Positions 20,656-30,748 of a stretch of DNA of 64,000 nt are shown here, in pieces. Positions within the stretch are counted from its first letter, which is position 1, and each line of letters starts with the position of its first letter. Under the pieces are notes generated by a model, which saw nothing but the letters and a program-made list of their open reading frames with translations, was not told the DNA's origin and made no database searches. Source of the DNA: an uncultured bacterium (GTDB lineage Bacteria > Zixibacteria > MSB-5A5 > GN15 > FEB-12); assembly GCA_965372795.1 (NCBI GenBank), contig CBDVDR010000011.1, positions 43,723 through 107,722 of the forward strand, in the 5' to 3' direction. A program made the translations under genes and the position numbers.

Positions 20656-22481
20656 CAAAGTTAACTTTGACTATTTTAACTATAATTATTCTGTTTTCAA
20701 GTACTTTTGTAAATGCCGGCGATGCCGGGCGTGAGTCGCCATTTATCATTGGTGCCGGAGCAAGAGCACTTGGAATGGGTGGCGGGTTTACTTCAATTGC
20801 AGATGATGCCACCGCGATCTACTATAACCCGGCGGCACTTGCTTCTTTGAATTATCAGGAAGTGTCATTTATGCACTCGACCTTTTTAGAAGGCACTCAA
20901 TACAATTATGTTTCCTGGGTATATCCTACAATGAAATTAGGCGGCTTTGGTATTGCAATGATGCGGATTGGTACTGATGATATTATCAGAAGAAACAATT
21001 TTATCGAAGAAGGCAGCTTTAACTATTCTAATATGCAAATTCTATTGGCATACGGCAGCAAAGTTCACGATAGAATTAGTCTGGGGATAAATGCTAAAAT
21101 AGTTCATCAATCTCTGGCGCAGTATTCAGATAACGGCATGGGTTTTGATTTTTCGATCAAAGCCAATTTAAATGATAATTTCTCTGCGGGCGTTATTGCC
21201 CGTGATTTGATCCCGCCAGAATTAAAAATAAATTCAAGCAATGAATCGGTCCCAATGTCTATAATGGGTGGAATTGCATTTCAAAAGTTTTATACCGAAA
21301 ATAATGTTAATCTTCTGGCATCTTTTGAGTTAGAAAAAATCGAAGACCGCTCAGTTAAAATTCATACTGGCATAGAAACTGTATTTAGTAATATCTATTC
21401 TTTACGGTTAGGTTACGACCGGGATAATTTTGCCTTTGGTTTAGGATATAAGTACAACCGGCTTAATGTCGACTATACTTATAAATTTATTGATTATGTC
21501 GAAGACAGCCATCGTTTTTCATTGTCATTTGTTCTTGGACAATCAGTAAAAGATAGGAAAGCTAAAGCTTCTCAAAAAGATAAAGAGATCGGCTCAAGAA
21601 TTCTACTGGACGAAAGACAAAAGCAATCCGATTTATTTAAAGAACAGGCTGATTCTTATTATTATAAACTAAAACTTGATTCCGCCTTAGCCTTCTATTA
21701 TCGCGCTTTGGCATTTGATGAAAATAATGAAGAGATAATTGGAAATATAGCAGTTATTGAAAAATCTCTAAAAAATAAAGAGCGAAGTCAGCAAAAGTTA
21801 TCTCAGATAGAAATTGAGCAGAACGTCACTCTGAATAATTTCCTTGAGCAGGCTAATAAATTCTATGATAAGAAATTCTATCTGGCTGCTATGGATATGT
21901 TAAATCTTATTTTTGAAATTGCTCCTGATCATGAAAACGCAGCTCAGCTGGAGCTTAAGATTAACAATACAATCCAAACTGAAATTTCGGATAATTTTGA
22001 AAAATCAAAAAAAGCTGAAAAAGAAAATAATTATGTCATGGCTGTTGAAGCCTACAACCGGATATTACAGCTTGATCCAACTAATAAAGTTGCCAAAACA
22101 GCCCGAGATGCTATGGGGGCAAGGCTTGATGTTGCCCATCAGTTGAATCTTGGAATTAGATTTTATAAAGAAGAGAATTTTACTGAAGCATTAAAACGTT
22201 TTAAAGCTGTTCTTGGAATTATTCCTAATGAACCGGTAGCCCTGGAATACTTTAAGCGACTTCAAGGACCGGACAAAAAAACAACGACTCTTGAAGATTT
22301 ACAAAAAGATAAAGATGCCTGGAAGCTTTATCTTGATGGCTTAAGATTTATGCGCAACAATGAGTATGGCAAAGCGATAGAGGCGTGGGAGAAGGTTCTC
22401 AAAAAGTACCCGCTGAGTGTAGATACTCGTAACAATATGGAACAGGCAAAACTTCGTCTAAAGTCTGAAAAATCTAAATAA
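20652..22481 (+). CDS. PorV/PorQ-family (UPF0164-like) outer-membrane barrel fused to C-terminal TPRs
   Basis: Signal peptide; GAGARALGMGGGFTSIADDATAIYYNPAAL; SHRFSLSF barrel end; TPR helices; ATGA overlap with upstream gene. Confidence 0.8.
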   Translation: MTKLTLTILTIIILFSSTFVNAGDAGRESPFIIGAGARALGMGGGFTSIADDATAIYYNPAALASLNYQEVSFMHSTFLEGTQYNYVSWVYPTMKLGGFGIAMMRIGTDDIIRRNNFIEEGSFNYSNMQILLAYGSKVHDRISLGINAKIVHQSLAQYSDNGMGFDFSIKANLNDNFSAGVIARDLIPPELKINSSNESVPMSIMGGIAFQKFYTENNVNLLASFELEKIEDRSVKIHTGIETVFSNIYSLRLGYDRDNFAFGLGYKYNRLNVDYTYKFIDYVEDSHRFSLSFVLGQSVKDRKAKASQKDKEIGSRILLDERQKQSDLFKEQADSYYYKLKLDSALAFYYRALAFDENNEEIIGNIAVIEKSLKNKERSQQKLSQIEIEQNVTLNNFLEQANKFYDKKFYLAAMDMLNLIFEIAPDHENAAQLELKINNTIQTEISDNFEKSKKAEKENNYVMAVEAYNRILQLDPTNKVAKTARDAMGARLDVAHQLNLGIRFYKEENFTEALKRFKAVLGIIPNEPVALEYFKRLQGPDKKTTTLEDLQKDKDAWKLYLDGLRFMRNNEYGKAIEAWEKVLKKYPLSVDTRNNMEQAKLRLKSEKSK

Positions 22482-22524
22482 AGTTTTAATAGACGCATCG
22501 AAGTTGGCACCATAATATATCATT

Positions 22525-24573
22525 ATGTTTGAACGTCCCGCCAAAGAGATAAATGCCGAATTTATGGCAGAGGAGCGGTTCCTTGATAGTATTCAAAGAA
22601 TTGTCAGGGAAAGCTGCGTTATTGCCGGATTAAGTAAGAAGATTACTTCCACCGTCCAGCTTGCTATCGAAGAAGGTGCCACCAATATAATCCGCCACGC
22701 CTATCTCTATAAAAAGGGAACGATCAGACTTCGAATCGTTATTTATAAAAAACAGATTGTCTTTTCTTTAATTGATACCGGAAAATCGTTTAATCCCGAA
22801 GGAACCTCGAGCCTTAATCTCGAACGGCTGGTAGAAACCGGACGAAAGGGAGGCTTAGGTTTCTACATGATCAAGAAGATCATGGATTCAGTTGAATATA
22901 TATCGGTTGGCGGATATAACGAACTTCGGATGATAAAAAGGATTACATCCGTTACCACACATACGAGACCAATATTAAGACGCTTATTCTCATTGAGAGT
23001 TAAATTCTCATTCTGGACATCATTTGTAATGGCTTTAATAATCGGAGGTTCATTTTATTTTATAAGCCTCAGAACTTATGATAGAATTAATGCCCACCTT
23101 CATGATACCGTAAAGACTCTCACCGAAACGATCGCCTATCAGTCTTCAGGTTTAATTCTTAACCAGCGAAGCGGGGTTGAATTTGATCAGATGATGGTAA
23201 GTTTCCTGAGGGCAAGCTCTGAATTCAGGCAGGTTGTGCTAACTGACGCCAGAGGATTGATTCTTGCAAACTCTGAAGATGTCAGTAACATTAGAGAACA
23301 GTACATTGCTCCGACAGCTTATGAAGTTGGCAAATATGCATCTTTTATTGAGAATAATGAAAAGATGTATTTCCTTTCAATCAAGATTTTATCTGGTAGT
23401 CAAGTTTTTGGAAATGTTAATGTGGTTTATTCAGATGAAAATATATCATCTAAAATTGAAAATGCTCAGCAGGAAGTTATCTTTTTAATGTTGTTCTTGA
23501 GCATGGTCGGCATCGTAGCAATATACTTTTTATCAAACTATTTTGTGACTCCAATTGCAAGGATAACACATCGGGTAAAAAGATTTACTTCGGGAGAACT
23601 TGAAACAGAAATGCCGCTAGAGCGAGCCGAAGAATTCTTTGAAATTTCAAAAGCGTTTAATCAGATGATGACCCGTTTGAGTCGGGATCAGAAAAATATA
23701 ATTTCCAGAGAAAAACTTGCCAAGGAAATTGAAGTAGCCTCTCAAATACAGAAAACTTTACTACCGGGAAAACTTCCGGAAATTGAAAATCTTCAGGTAG
23801 ATGCTTTTTACAGGGCAGCTTCTTTAATCGGAGGAGACCTTTATGATGTTATTGAAGTTATGCCAGGGAGGTACTGTCTGGTAATTGCCGATGTCTCCGG
23901 CAAAGGTGTGCCGGCATCAATGGTGATGTCTATGCTTCGTACGATAATAAGGATTTATTCTTCAGAGGCTAAATCATCAAAAGAAATTCTTGTCAGAGTA
24001 AATTATTATCTCGAAGAAAATATTCCACCAGGTATGTTTGTAACGGTTATGCTGATTATCTATGACTCAAAATCAAAAAAAATAAATCTTGTCTCAGCCG
24101 GGCATAATCCTCTGTTATATTTTAATGCGGAGGCTGGTGAAGTTATAAAAATTAATCCATCTGGGATGCCTCTTGGAATTTCATCAACGCTCAATTCTAC
24201 TTTTGAAGACAAACTTGAAGAAGTCTCTATGACAGTTAAAGACAACGATCTGTTATTTTTGTATACCGATGGGATTACTGAAGCGAAGGATACTTCAGGC
24301 AATGTTTACGGTATGGAGAAACTAAATGAATTTATCAGTTCACTGGCAACTTCAAATCCAATATTAACGGTCCAGGAGATGACTAAAAAAATAAGTCAGG
24401 AACTTGATCAATTTGCCGGATATGAAGAACAAAATGATGATATTACTTTTGTCATTGCAAGACATGGGATACCTGCTAAAATCAAAAATGTCCCTTTAGA
24501 AGGTAAAAATCACGTAAAATTAGAGACAAAAGAACTTAAGGTCAAAAATAATACAACTAAGAAAGAATCATAA
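22525..24573 (+). CDS. Membrane RsbW-type Ser kinase/HAMP/SpoIIE-type PP2C phosphatase fusion
   Basis: HATPase boxes EEGATNIIRHAY, DTGKSF, GGLGF; two TM segments; HAMP; PP2C motifs GGDLYD, ADVSGKG, SAGH, YTDG, DDIT. Confidence 0.9.
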   Translation: MFERPAKEINAEFMAEERFLDSIQRIVRESCVIAGLSKKITSTVQLAIEEGATNIIRHAYLYKKGTIRLRIVIYKKQIVFSLIDTGKSFNPEGTSSLNLERLVETGRKGGLGFYMIKKIMDSVEYISVGGYNELRMIKRITSVTTHTRPILRRLFSLRVKFSFWTSFVMALIIGGSFYFISLRTYDRINAHLHDTVKTLTETIAYQSSGLILNQRSGVEFDQMMVSFLRASSEFRQVVLTDARGLILANSEDVSNIREQYIAPTAYEVGKYASFIENNEKMYFLSIKILSGSQVFGNVNVVYSDENISSKIENAQQEVIFLMLFLSMVGIVAIYFLSNYFVTPIARITHRVKRFTSGELETEMPLERAEEFFEISKAFNQMMTRLSRDQKNIISREKLAKEIEVASQIQKTLLPGKLPEIENLQVDAFYRAASLIGGDLYDVIEVMPGRYCLVIADVSGKGVPASMVMSMLRTIIRIYSSEAKSSKEILVRVNYYLEENIPPGMFVTVMLIIYDSKSKKINLVSAGHNPLLYFNAEAGEVIKINPSGMPLGISSTLNSTFEDKLEEVSMTVKDNDLLFLYTDGITEAKDTSGNVYGMEKLNEFISSLATSNPILTVQEMTKKISQELDQFAGYEEQNDDITFVIARHGIPAKIKNVPLEGKNHVKLETKELKVKNNTTKKES

Positions 24574-24636
24574 TAATCTCTTGCCATTTGCCGATTATAT
24601 AATAAACTTAGCTTTTTATGGAATGTTTGATAAATA

Positions 24637-25317
24637 ATGGATAACACGATTAACATATCTTTACAGGAACGGGAAAATGACAACATCTCTTCGATTAGAA
24701 TTGATGGTGTTATAGATGCGATCACAGCCGGGGAACTTGAGCGTGTTATTCACTCCTTGATGAATAGAAATCGTTACCACATCATTATCGATCTTGCAGG
24801 AGTAGATTATATATCTTCGGCAGGATGGGGAATATTTATTTCTCACATCAAGGAGGTTCGTACCAATAGTGGCGATATAAAACTGGTAAATTTGATAGAC
24901 AATGTCTATGAAATTTATGAGTTGCTCGAGTTTGAAAATGTTTTAAAAGCGTATGACTCGCTTGAAGAGGCACGAAAAGATTTTGGTGAGTCAGTAGAAC
25001 CGCTAAAAAAAAAAGATAAAAATTCCAAAGTCTCAGTCATAGATAACGTTGGTACGGATTCATTTAATTATTCTCAAAACAGACAAAATAATATTTCCAA
25101 TTCACCGAATATGGCAGATATTGATCCAATTTCATATGTCCTTGCTCAAATAAAACAGGATCCGTTTATTACAATTTCAGAAATTAAACATGATTTTAAT
25201 AAAAAAAGCCCCAGCGATCATATTGGCTGGTGGCAAATTTTCGCAATCTTAAAAAGGCATAAACTGCTTTCCAAACGAGCCCGTTTTCGGTTTGCCCGTC
25301 AATATTATAGATCCTAA
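24637..25317 (+). CDS. STAS anti-anti-sigma protein with C-terminal HTH-like extension
   Basis: IDLAGVDYISSAGWG phosphoacceptor loop; about 100 extra C-terminal residues. Confidence 0.85.
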   Translation: MDNTINISLQERENDNISSIRIDGVIDAITAGELERVIHSLMNRNRYHIIIDLAGVDYISSAGWGIFISHIKEVRTNSGDIKLVNLIDNVYEIYELLEFENVLKAYDSLEEARKDFGESVEPLKKKDKNSKVSVIDNVGTDSFNYSQNRQNNISNSPNMADIDPISYVLAQIKQDPFITISEIKHDFNKKSPSDHIGWWQIFAILKRHKLLSKRARFRFARQYYRS

Positions 25318-25324
25318 TTATCAC

Positions 25325-25354
25325 TTGACACTTTCGACCCAAATCCTATATTAT
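25325..25354 (+). promoter_or_regulatory. Putative sigma70 promoter of the diguanylate cyclase
   Basis: TTGACA followed by TATATT (N16) or TATTAT (N18). Confidence 0.55.
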
Positions 25355-25375
25355 AATTAAACTTAGGTAAAGTTA

Positions 25376-27007
25376 ATGTCTTCAATTGAATCAATAATCA
25401 CAATATTGGCAGGCATTGTCGCCATATTGTCTATATCTTTAATTTATTATATCTATAGGGATAAAACACGCTACAAAGCTGTTAAAAAACTCGATACTAT
25501 AGAGTTTTCAACATTTTTGCGAACAAACAGCCTTGATGGTTCAATTCAGCAAGTTGCTGGAAAAGTAGGCGATTTGTTAAAATCTTCCTTCGAATGCGAT
25601 AAAATAATCTTTCTTCGCAAAAAAAGAGGAGTACTTGAGCTAAATTATTATCATGGAATTAATCGATTTGAACGGCGTGATTTTACAACTAAATATTCTC
25701 GTGAGTTAGACGGCATTTTAAGAACAGATTTTTTACCTCAGAAAATAGAACGTATCAAGGATATTTTTCCATCTTTGATTTTTGATCGCATCAAGGAATA
25801 TGGAATTGATCTTTATTTTCCAGTATATTGGCGAGAAAATTTGTATGGAATTTATTTTTTTAAAAGTAATCTGAAAACATCCGATCCTTCATTTAATATT
25901 TTGATCTCTTCTTTAGCCCAGTCATTATCAGCTGCCTATCATGTCAAATGGCATGAAATGAAACACAATGAATTGCTCGAAAAATATGAAAAAATTGAAA
26001 ATGCAAATTCTGTCAGTTCTGATCCTCTAACGGCAACTTATAATGAGCTAATGAAACTTACTAAAGAGAAAGATTCAGAACGTCTGGTTAAAAGAGTCGC
26101 TGAATATCTTTATCAGAGTCTGGGGATGAACAGAATTGCATTTATCTATGAATCAAAACAAGACAATAGAACCGAAATGCTAATTAAAGGTGAGAGTAAA
26201 AGTTCACTTAAAATTCCCGGAAGAGATTCGTTCAGTAATATTTTAAATGCCTTGGATTCAAAAAAAACAGTAACTCTTGATGAATTACTTGATAAAAATA
26301 TATCGTTGGTACATTGGATTACCGATTTGATAGATTTGGGCATGAAATATATAACACCTTTTCCTATTTCACCGAGTCGTCAAGGATTTGTTGCCTGGCG
26401 TGGCGAACCGTTTAGTGTTATTGATCATCAACTTTCCTTTATAAAAAAACATATTTCTGATCTGATAGAGAATGCCGAGAGTTTTGAACAAATGGAAGAT
26501 TTATCATATACCGATGGATTGACTGGATTGTCAAATCAGAGATATTTTAAAAAACGTCTGGATGAAGAAATTAGTCGCTGTCACCGTTATAATCGTAAGT
26601 TGGCTTTAATATTTTTTGATTTGGATGCTTTAAAGCAAACTAATGATAAATATGGACACTTAGCCGGTGATGACCTTCTTTATCAGGTTGGTCAAATTTT
26701 AAAGACATCAATCCGCTCAATTGATGTAATTGCCCGTTATGGGGGCGATGAATTCTGTGTTATAATGCCAGAATCAGATGAAAAAAACTGTACTCAATTT
26801 ATGGAAAGAATTCGCTCAAAAGTTACTAATTCCGAATTTGCCGCTGAAGGGGTTGACGGATTCATAAAATGTACTATTTCTCTTGGTGCGGCAGTTTACC
26901 CGAATCATGCCAAAGAGGCTAAAAAGTTGATTTATGCGGCTGACATGGCTTTGTTAAAAGCTAAAGAACAAGGCCGTGATAAATTCCTTATTCATAATCA
27001 GTCTTAA
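25376..27007 (+). CDS. Membrane-anchored diguanylate cyclase with GAF-like sensor regions
   Basis: N-terminal TM; TDGLTGLSN, ND.YGHLAGD, I-site RSID, RYGGDEF. Confidence 0.92.
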   Translation: MSSIESIITILAGIVAILSISLIYYIYRDKTRYKAVKKLDTIEFSTFLRTNSLDGSIQQVAGKVGDLLKSSFECDKIIFLRKKRGVLELNYYHGINRFERRDFTTKYSRELDGILRTDFLPQKIERIKDIFPSLIFDRIKEYGIDLYFPVYWRENLYGIYFFKSNLKTSDPSFNILISSLAQSLSAAYHVKWHEMKHNELLEKYEKIENANSVSSDPLTATYNELMKLTKEKDSERLVKRVAEYLYQSLGMNRIAFIYESKQDNRTEMLIKGESKSSLKIPGRDSFSNILNALDSKKTVTLDELLDKNISLVHWITDLIDLGMKYITPFPISPSRQGFVAWRGEPFSVIDHQLSFIKKHISDLIENAESFEQMEDLSYTDGLTGLSNQRYFKKRLDEEISRCHRYNRKLALIFFDLDALKQTNDKYGHLAGDDLLYQVGQILKTSIRSIDVIARYGGDEFCVIMPESDEKNCTQFMERIRSKVTNSEFAAEGVDGFIKCTISLGAAVYPNHAKEAKKLIYAADMALLKAKEQGRDKFLIHNQS

Positions 27008-27141
27008 CCCTCTAAAAATTAGTGATTTAGCTGTTTTTTTTATACTTTACAGAAGTATTTTCTTAACCTATATTTTTACGCCTAAATTGTAATTAAAATA
27101 TACCGATTTGGATAATAAATAACTATCAAGGAAGATATCGA

Positions 27142-28107
27142 ATGAAATCTTATAGATGTATAATATTATTATTGTTCTTGGGACTTATTTTATCTCCGGC
27201 TGTTACAAAAGCAGAGTACAAAATTGGTCCGGAAGATGTTCTTGATATAAGTTTTTGGCAAAAAGATGATCTAAATACTACTGTTCGTGTTAGTAAAAGC
27301 GGTAAAATTACACTTGATGTAATCGGTGAAATTGTTGCGGCTGGAAAGTCTACAAAAGAGCTTCAGGAAGAAATCGCAAGAGAAATATCCCGTTTAAATA
27401 AAAATGTCACTCAGGCTGTCGTCAGAATCAGTATCTATAATTATCAGTTTGTATTTGTATCCGGCCAGGTTATTGAACCGGGTAAAATTACATTTGAAGA
27501 AATTCCTGATCTTTGGACAATCATCAATGAAGCCGGTGGTATTAACGAAAATGGAGACCTTTCAAGAGTCACAATAATTCGTGGTGGGGATGGAGCTGGG
27601 GAAGTCATAACAGTTAATGTATCCGATGCTATTGCCAAAGGTGAAATCAACAAACTGCCTAAAATTAGGCGACAGGATACAATCGAAATCTCTCGTACTC
27701 CTTCAGGTATATATTCTGGAGATTTATCAAAACAAATCAACAGAAAAAACGTTTTGTATGCTATCGGAGCTGTGAATACTCCGGGGCTTCTGACTTTTGA
27801 GGAAAATGTTGATATCCTTGAGGCATTAACAATGGCTGGTGGTCCGTCATCAGATGCGGACCTTTCGAAAGTAATAGTAATAACCAGAGATGGGTATTAT
27901 GCTCAGACCTATCTAATTGATTTGAATAAATATGCTGAAACCGGAGCGATTCCCCGGTATATAATGCAAAGAGAGGATGCTTTGATTATTCCTCAAAAAT
28001 CAACGGGTGGATTATTTGGGATTGATTGGATAACACTTGGAACAATGGCGGGAGTTGTAACCTCAGGAATCTTGATATACAATCAAGTTTTTTCAAATGA
28101 TGAGTAA
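27142..28107 (+). CDS. wza: Polysaccharide export protein (Wza/OPX, SLBB repeats)
   Basis: YKIGPEDVLDISFW Poly_export motif, two SLBB modules, C-terminal hydrophobic helix. Confidence 0.88.
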   Translation: MKSYRCIILLLFLGLILSPAVTKAEYKIGPEDVLDISFWQKDDLNTTVRVSKSGKITLDVIGEIVAAGKSTKELQEEIAREISRLNKNVTQAVVRISIYNYQFVFVSGQVIEPGKITFEEIPDLWTIINEAGGINENGDLSRVTIIRGGDGAGEVITVNVSDAIAKGEINKLPKIRRQDTIEISRTPSGIYSGDLSKQINRKNVLYAIGAVNTPGLLTFEENVDILEALTMAGGPSSDADLSKVIVITRDGYYAQTYLIDLNKYAETGAIPRYIMQREDALIIPQKSTGGLFGIDWITLGTMAGVVTSGILIYNQVFSNDE

Positions 28108-28125
28108 TTTTAAGATAGAATAAAT

Positions 28126-29625
28126 ATGAATAAACCAGCGAATCAAAATTCTTTCGATGTAAAAGATATCGTGGGCATAATTAAGCTCAGGAAATGGTTT
28201 TTAATTATACCGATTCTTCTGACAACAGTAATCGCCTATGGCGGATCATTCTGGCTTGTCCCCGAGTTTCAAGCCTCAACTATTATCTGGATTGACAAAC
28301 CAGCTTCAGCTTCAAGAGAGTTAATGAGCATTATTGGAAGTGAAAGATTTGTCAGAGAGAGTAATGATGATCGGAGAAGGAAACTCCAGGCTCTTCAAAA
28401 TGAAATAACTTCGCAGAATTATTTGTTTCAATTAATCAGAAATATGAAACTTGACAATGATGCTGATCTTACCGAAGATGCTACAAAACTCCGAGAAAAA
28501 AATCCGGGATTTACGGTTGAGCAGTTAAAATATAATATTTTGCTTGGAAATCTAAGAGATCAAATCAAAGTTTCCTACGTAGGTAAAGATCAAATTGAAC
28601 TGACCGTCAAATCTACTTCTCCTTCACTGGCTCGAGATATTGCAACCAAACTGACCGAGATAATGGAGAGTGAAAAGACAAAATACGAGCTTGAAAAAAT
28701 TCTTGATAATCAGAATTTTGCTGACTTACAGCTCACAAAAAGGGAGTTCTATTATCAACAGGCAATTGATTCTTTAACCGAAGCAAAATCTCGGATGACC
28801 AATATTAGTCTTTCGAACGAAATTTCATCTGAGACTAATAGGCAGGAAATTACTTCTGAAATAAAACAGGCAAAAGATGACATAACCTATTATAACAATC
28901 TCATGATTTCAATTAAAACTCAATTAAAACAGGATGATCTTGACAAAGTGCGGTTAAAATATTCTGATTCTTTAATTAGCCTCAGAGCAAGTATTGAAGG
29001 TCAGCTTGTAACCTATGTTGAGCTGATGGAAAAATATGAGTGGACGGAACAGAACGTTATTAATGTCAATATTGGAATAATAGACAATATAAGAGTGCTT
29101 GTCTCCGGAATTCAAAATCAAGTTGAAAACCAACACAGCTCACTTGAGATAAACCAACAGCGACGGTTGAAAGATTATTTTGTTGCTAAAGAAAACTACG
29201 ATATCTCAAAATCCCGCCAAAAACATTTAGCCAACGCTTTTGATGACCTTGTCGAAAGAATCAATTCAATACCTCGTATGGAAGCGGAGATCAGTGACCT
29301 TGAAAGCCGGGTTGAAGAGGCTCGTCGTTACCGAGACGCTTTTAAGTCTGAAGAAACTACCGTTGAAATTTTATCTGAACAGGCAAAAGGAAGAACAAAA
29401 TATAAAGTGATTGAGGCTGCACGGACTCCATTGGAACCGTTCTGGCCCGATAAAAATAAAATAGCAATTTTGGGTCTTATTCTTGGCTTTGTGATAGGCG
29501 GAATCGCTGTTCTGCTTGGAGAAGTTCTCGATAGCACTTTTAAACGAACAGAGGATGTCGAGAATTTGCTCGGACTGCCTGTGATCGCTGTAATCCCCAA
29601 AATCGATAAACTAAAATTCAGGTAA
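28126..29625 (+). CDS. Polysaccharide co-polymerase / chain-length determinant (membrane part of split Wzc)
   Basis: Two TM segments flanking a coiled coil; PLEPFWP-K, DVENLLGLPVIAVIP. Confidence 0.85.
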   Translation: MNKPANQNSFDVKDIVGIIKLRKWFLIIPILLTTVIAYGGSFWLVPEFQASTIIWIDKPASASRELMSIIGSERFVRESNDDRRRKLQALQNEITSQNYLFQLIRNMKLDNDADLTEDATKLREKNPGFTVEQLKYNILLGNLRDQIKVSYVGKDQIELTVKSTSPSLARDIATKLTEIMESEKTKYELEKILDNQNFADLQLTKREFYYQQAIDSLTEAKSRMTNISLSNEISSETNRQEITSEIKQAKDDITYYNNLMISIKTQLKQDDLDKVRLKYSDSLISLRASIEGQLVTYVELMEKYEWTEQNVINVNIGIIDNIRVLVSGIQNQVENQHSSLEINQQRRLKDYFVAKENYDISKSRQKHLANAFDDLVERINSIPRMEAEISDLESRVEEARRYRDAFKSEETTVEILSEQAKGRTKYKVIEAARTPLEPFWPDKNKIAILGLILGFVIGGIAVLLGEVLDSTFKRTEDVENLLGLPVIAVIPKIDKLKFR

Positions 29626-29628
29626 TTT

Positions 29629-30747
29629 ATGGAAACTTATAGACTCAGCAGTAAATTAATCGAGATAAACAGAGAATTTTTGATAAAAACCTCGAATGAC
29701 GTGAAAGTTAATTCTGTGATTTCGACCGTTTATGTGAACGGGGAAGAAACAGAAACAGCAAAATGCCCTCATCCGGTTGAGTTCTCGCCCGAAGAAATAT
29801 TAACGCTTGTTAAGAGTAAGCATTCTGAAAAAAAGGCTGAAGTTGAAGTCATGTTAAAATGCTATAACGAAACTATGGAAAGCGGCGAGTCAGAAAGAAT
29901 GTTTCAATTAGGCACCGCATTTTTCTATAAAAAATATTCCAGAGAATCAAGAGAACTTTTTAACTCGGCAATTGCCCTTAACCCGCAATTTCACCAAGCA
30001 TGCAATTATCTGGGAATGGTTGAACTTGAGATGGGTGATCTGAATAAGGCTGTTGAGGTTTCTGAAAAAGCGGTCTCAATGAAACCTGGTTTTGCTGATT
30101 ACAGATTTAACCTCGGACATGCTTACTTGGCTATAAAAAATTGTCCCAAAGCAGTTAGGGAATTTGAAGAAGCCATCAGTACGAATCTTTATTATGCTGA
30201 TGCTTACATTAGTTTAGCACTGGCTTATTTATTGAATGCAATTGAACAGCAGAATATTACTTTGTTTCAAAACGTCTTAACAAAGACAATTGATGCGGTA
30301 AAAAAAGCTTCAATAATTGATCCGTTCTTCGATAATGAAATTCATAAAGATGGGTTAATTGCCATAGAAGCATTGGATGTTGAAGTTGCTTTTGCAATGT
30401 TTTCAAAACTTCTCAAAAATAAAAAAGAAAAACGTGACATTGAACTTTCTGATTATTATGTGAAATATTTATATTCGAGTGATGCAAATGACGACAAAAC
30501 CCTTTCTCACAGGATCAACTATTTAAAAGAGGAGATTGAAAAATATCCTACTTATGCAGACCTCCACGATGAAATCAGTTCATGTTATTTGTCATTAGCC
30601 AGAAATTATTGGCAAAATAGTCTCAATCATTTGCAGAAGGCACTGGATATTAATCCATCACTTGATAATATAAATAATTTACTTGAAGAGGCTGGCAAAG
30701 AGATTGAAAATATAAATAGAGTTATTTCCGGGAAATCAAAAATTTAA
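29629..30747 (+). CDS. Cytoplasmic TPR protein
   Basis: Multiple TPRs (PGFADYRFNLG, PTYADLH); no signal peptide. Confidence 0.8.
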   Translation: METYRLSSKLIEINREFLIKTSNDVKVNSVISTVYVNGEETETAKCPHPVEFSPEEILTLVKSKHSEKKAEVEVMLKCYNETMESGESERMFQLGTAFFYKKYSRESRELFNSAIALNPQFHQACNYLGMVELEMGDLNKAVEVSEKAVSMKPGFADYRFNLGHAYLAIKNCPKAVREFEEAISTNLYYADAYISLALAYLLNAIEQQNITLFQNVLTKTIDAVKKASIIDPFFDNEIHKDGLIAIEALDVEVAFAMFSKLLKNKKEKRDIELSDYYVKYLYSSDANDDKTLSHRINYLKEEIEKYPTYADLHDEISSCYLSLARNYWQNSLNHLQKALDINPSLDNINNLLEEAGKEIENINRVISGKSKI

Positions 30748-30748
30748 T

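Noticed and set aside
22503..22520. sigma54 promoter TTGGCAC before the kinase/phosphatase gene
   Set aside because: Good -24 element but no GC or TTGC at -12.
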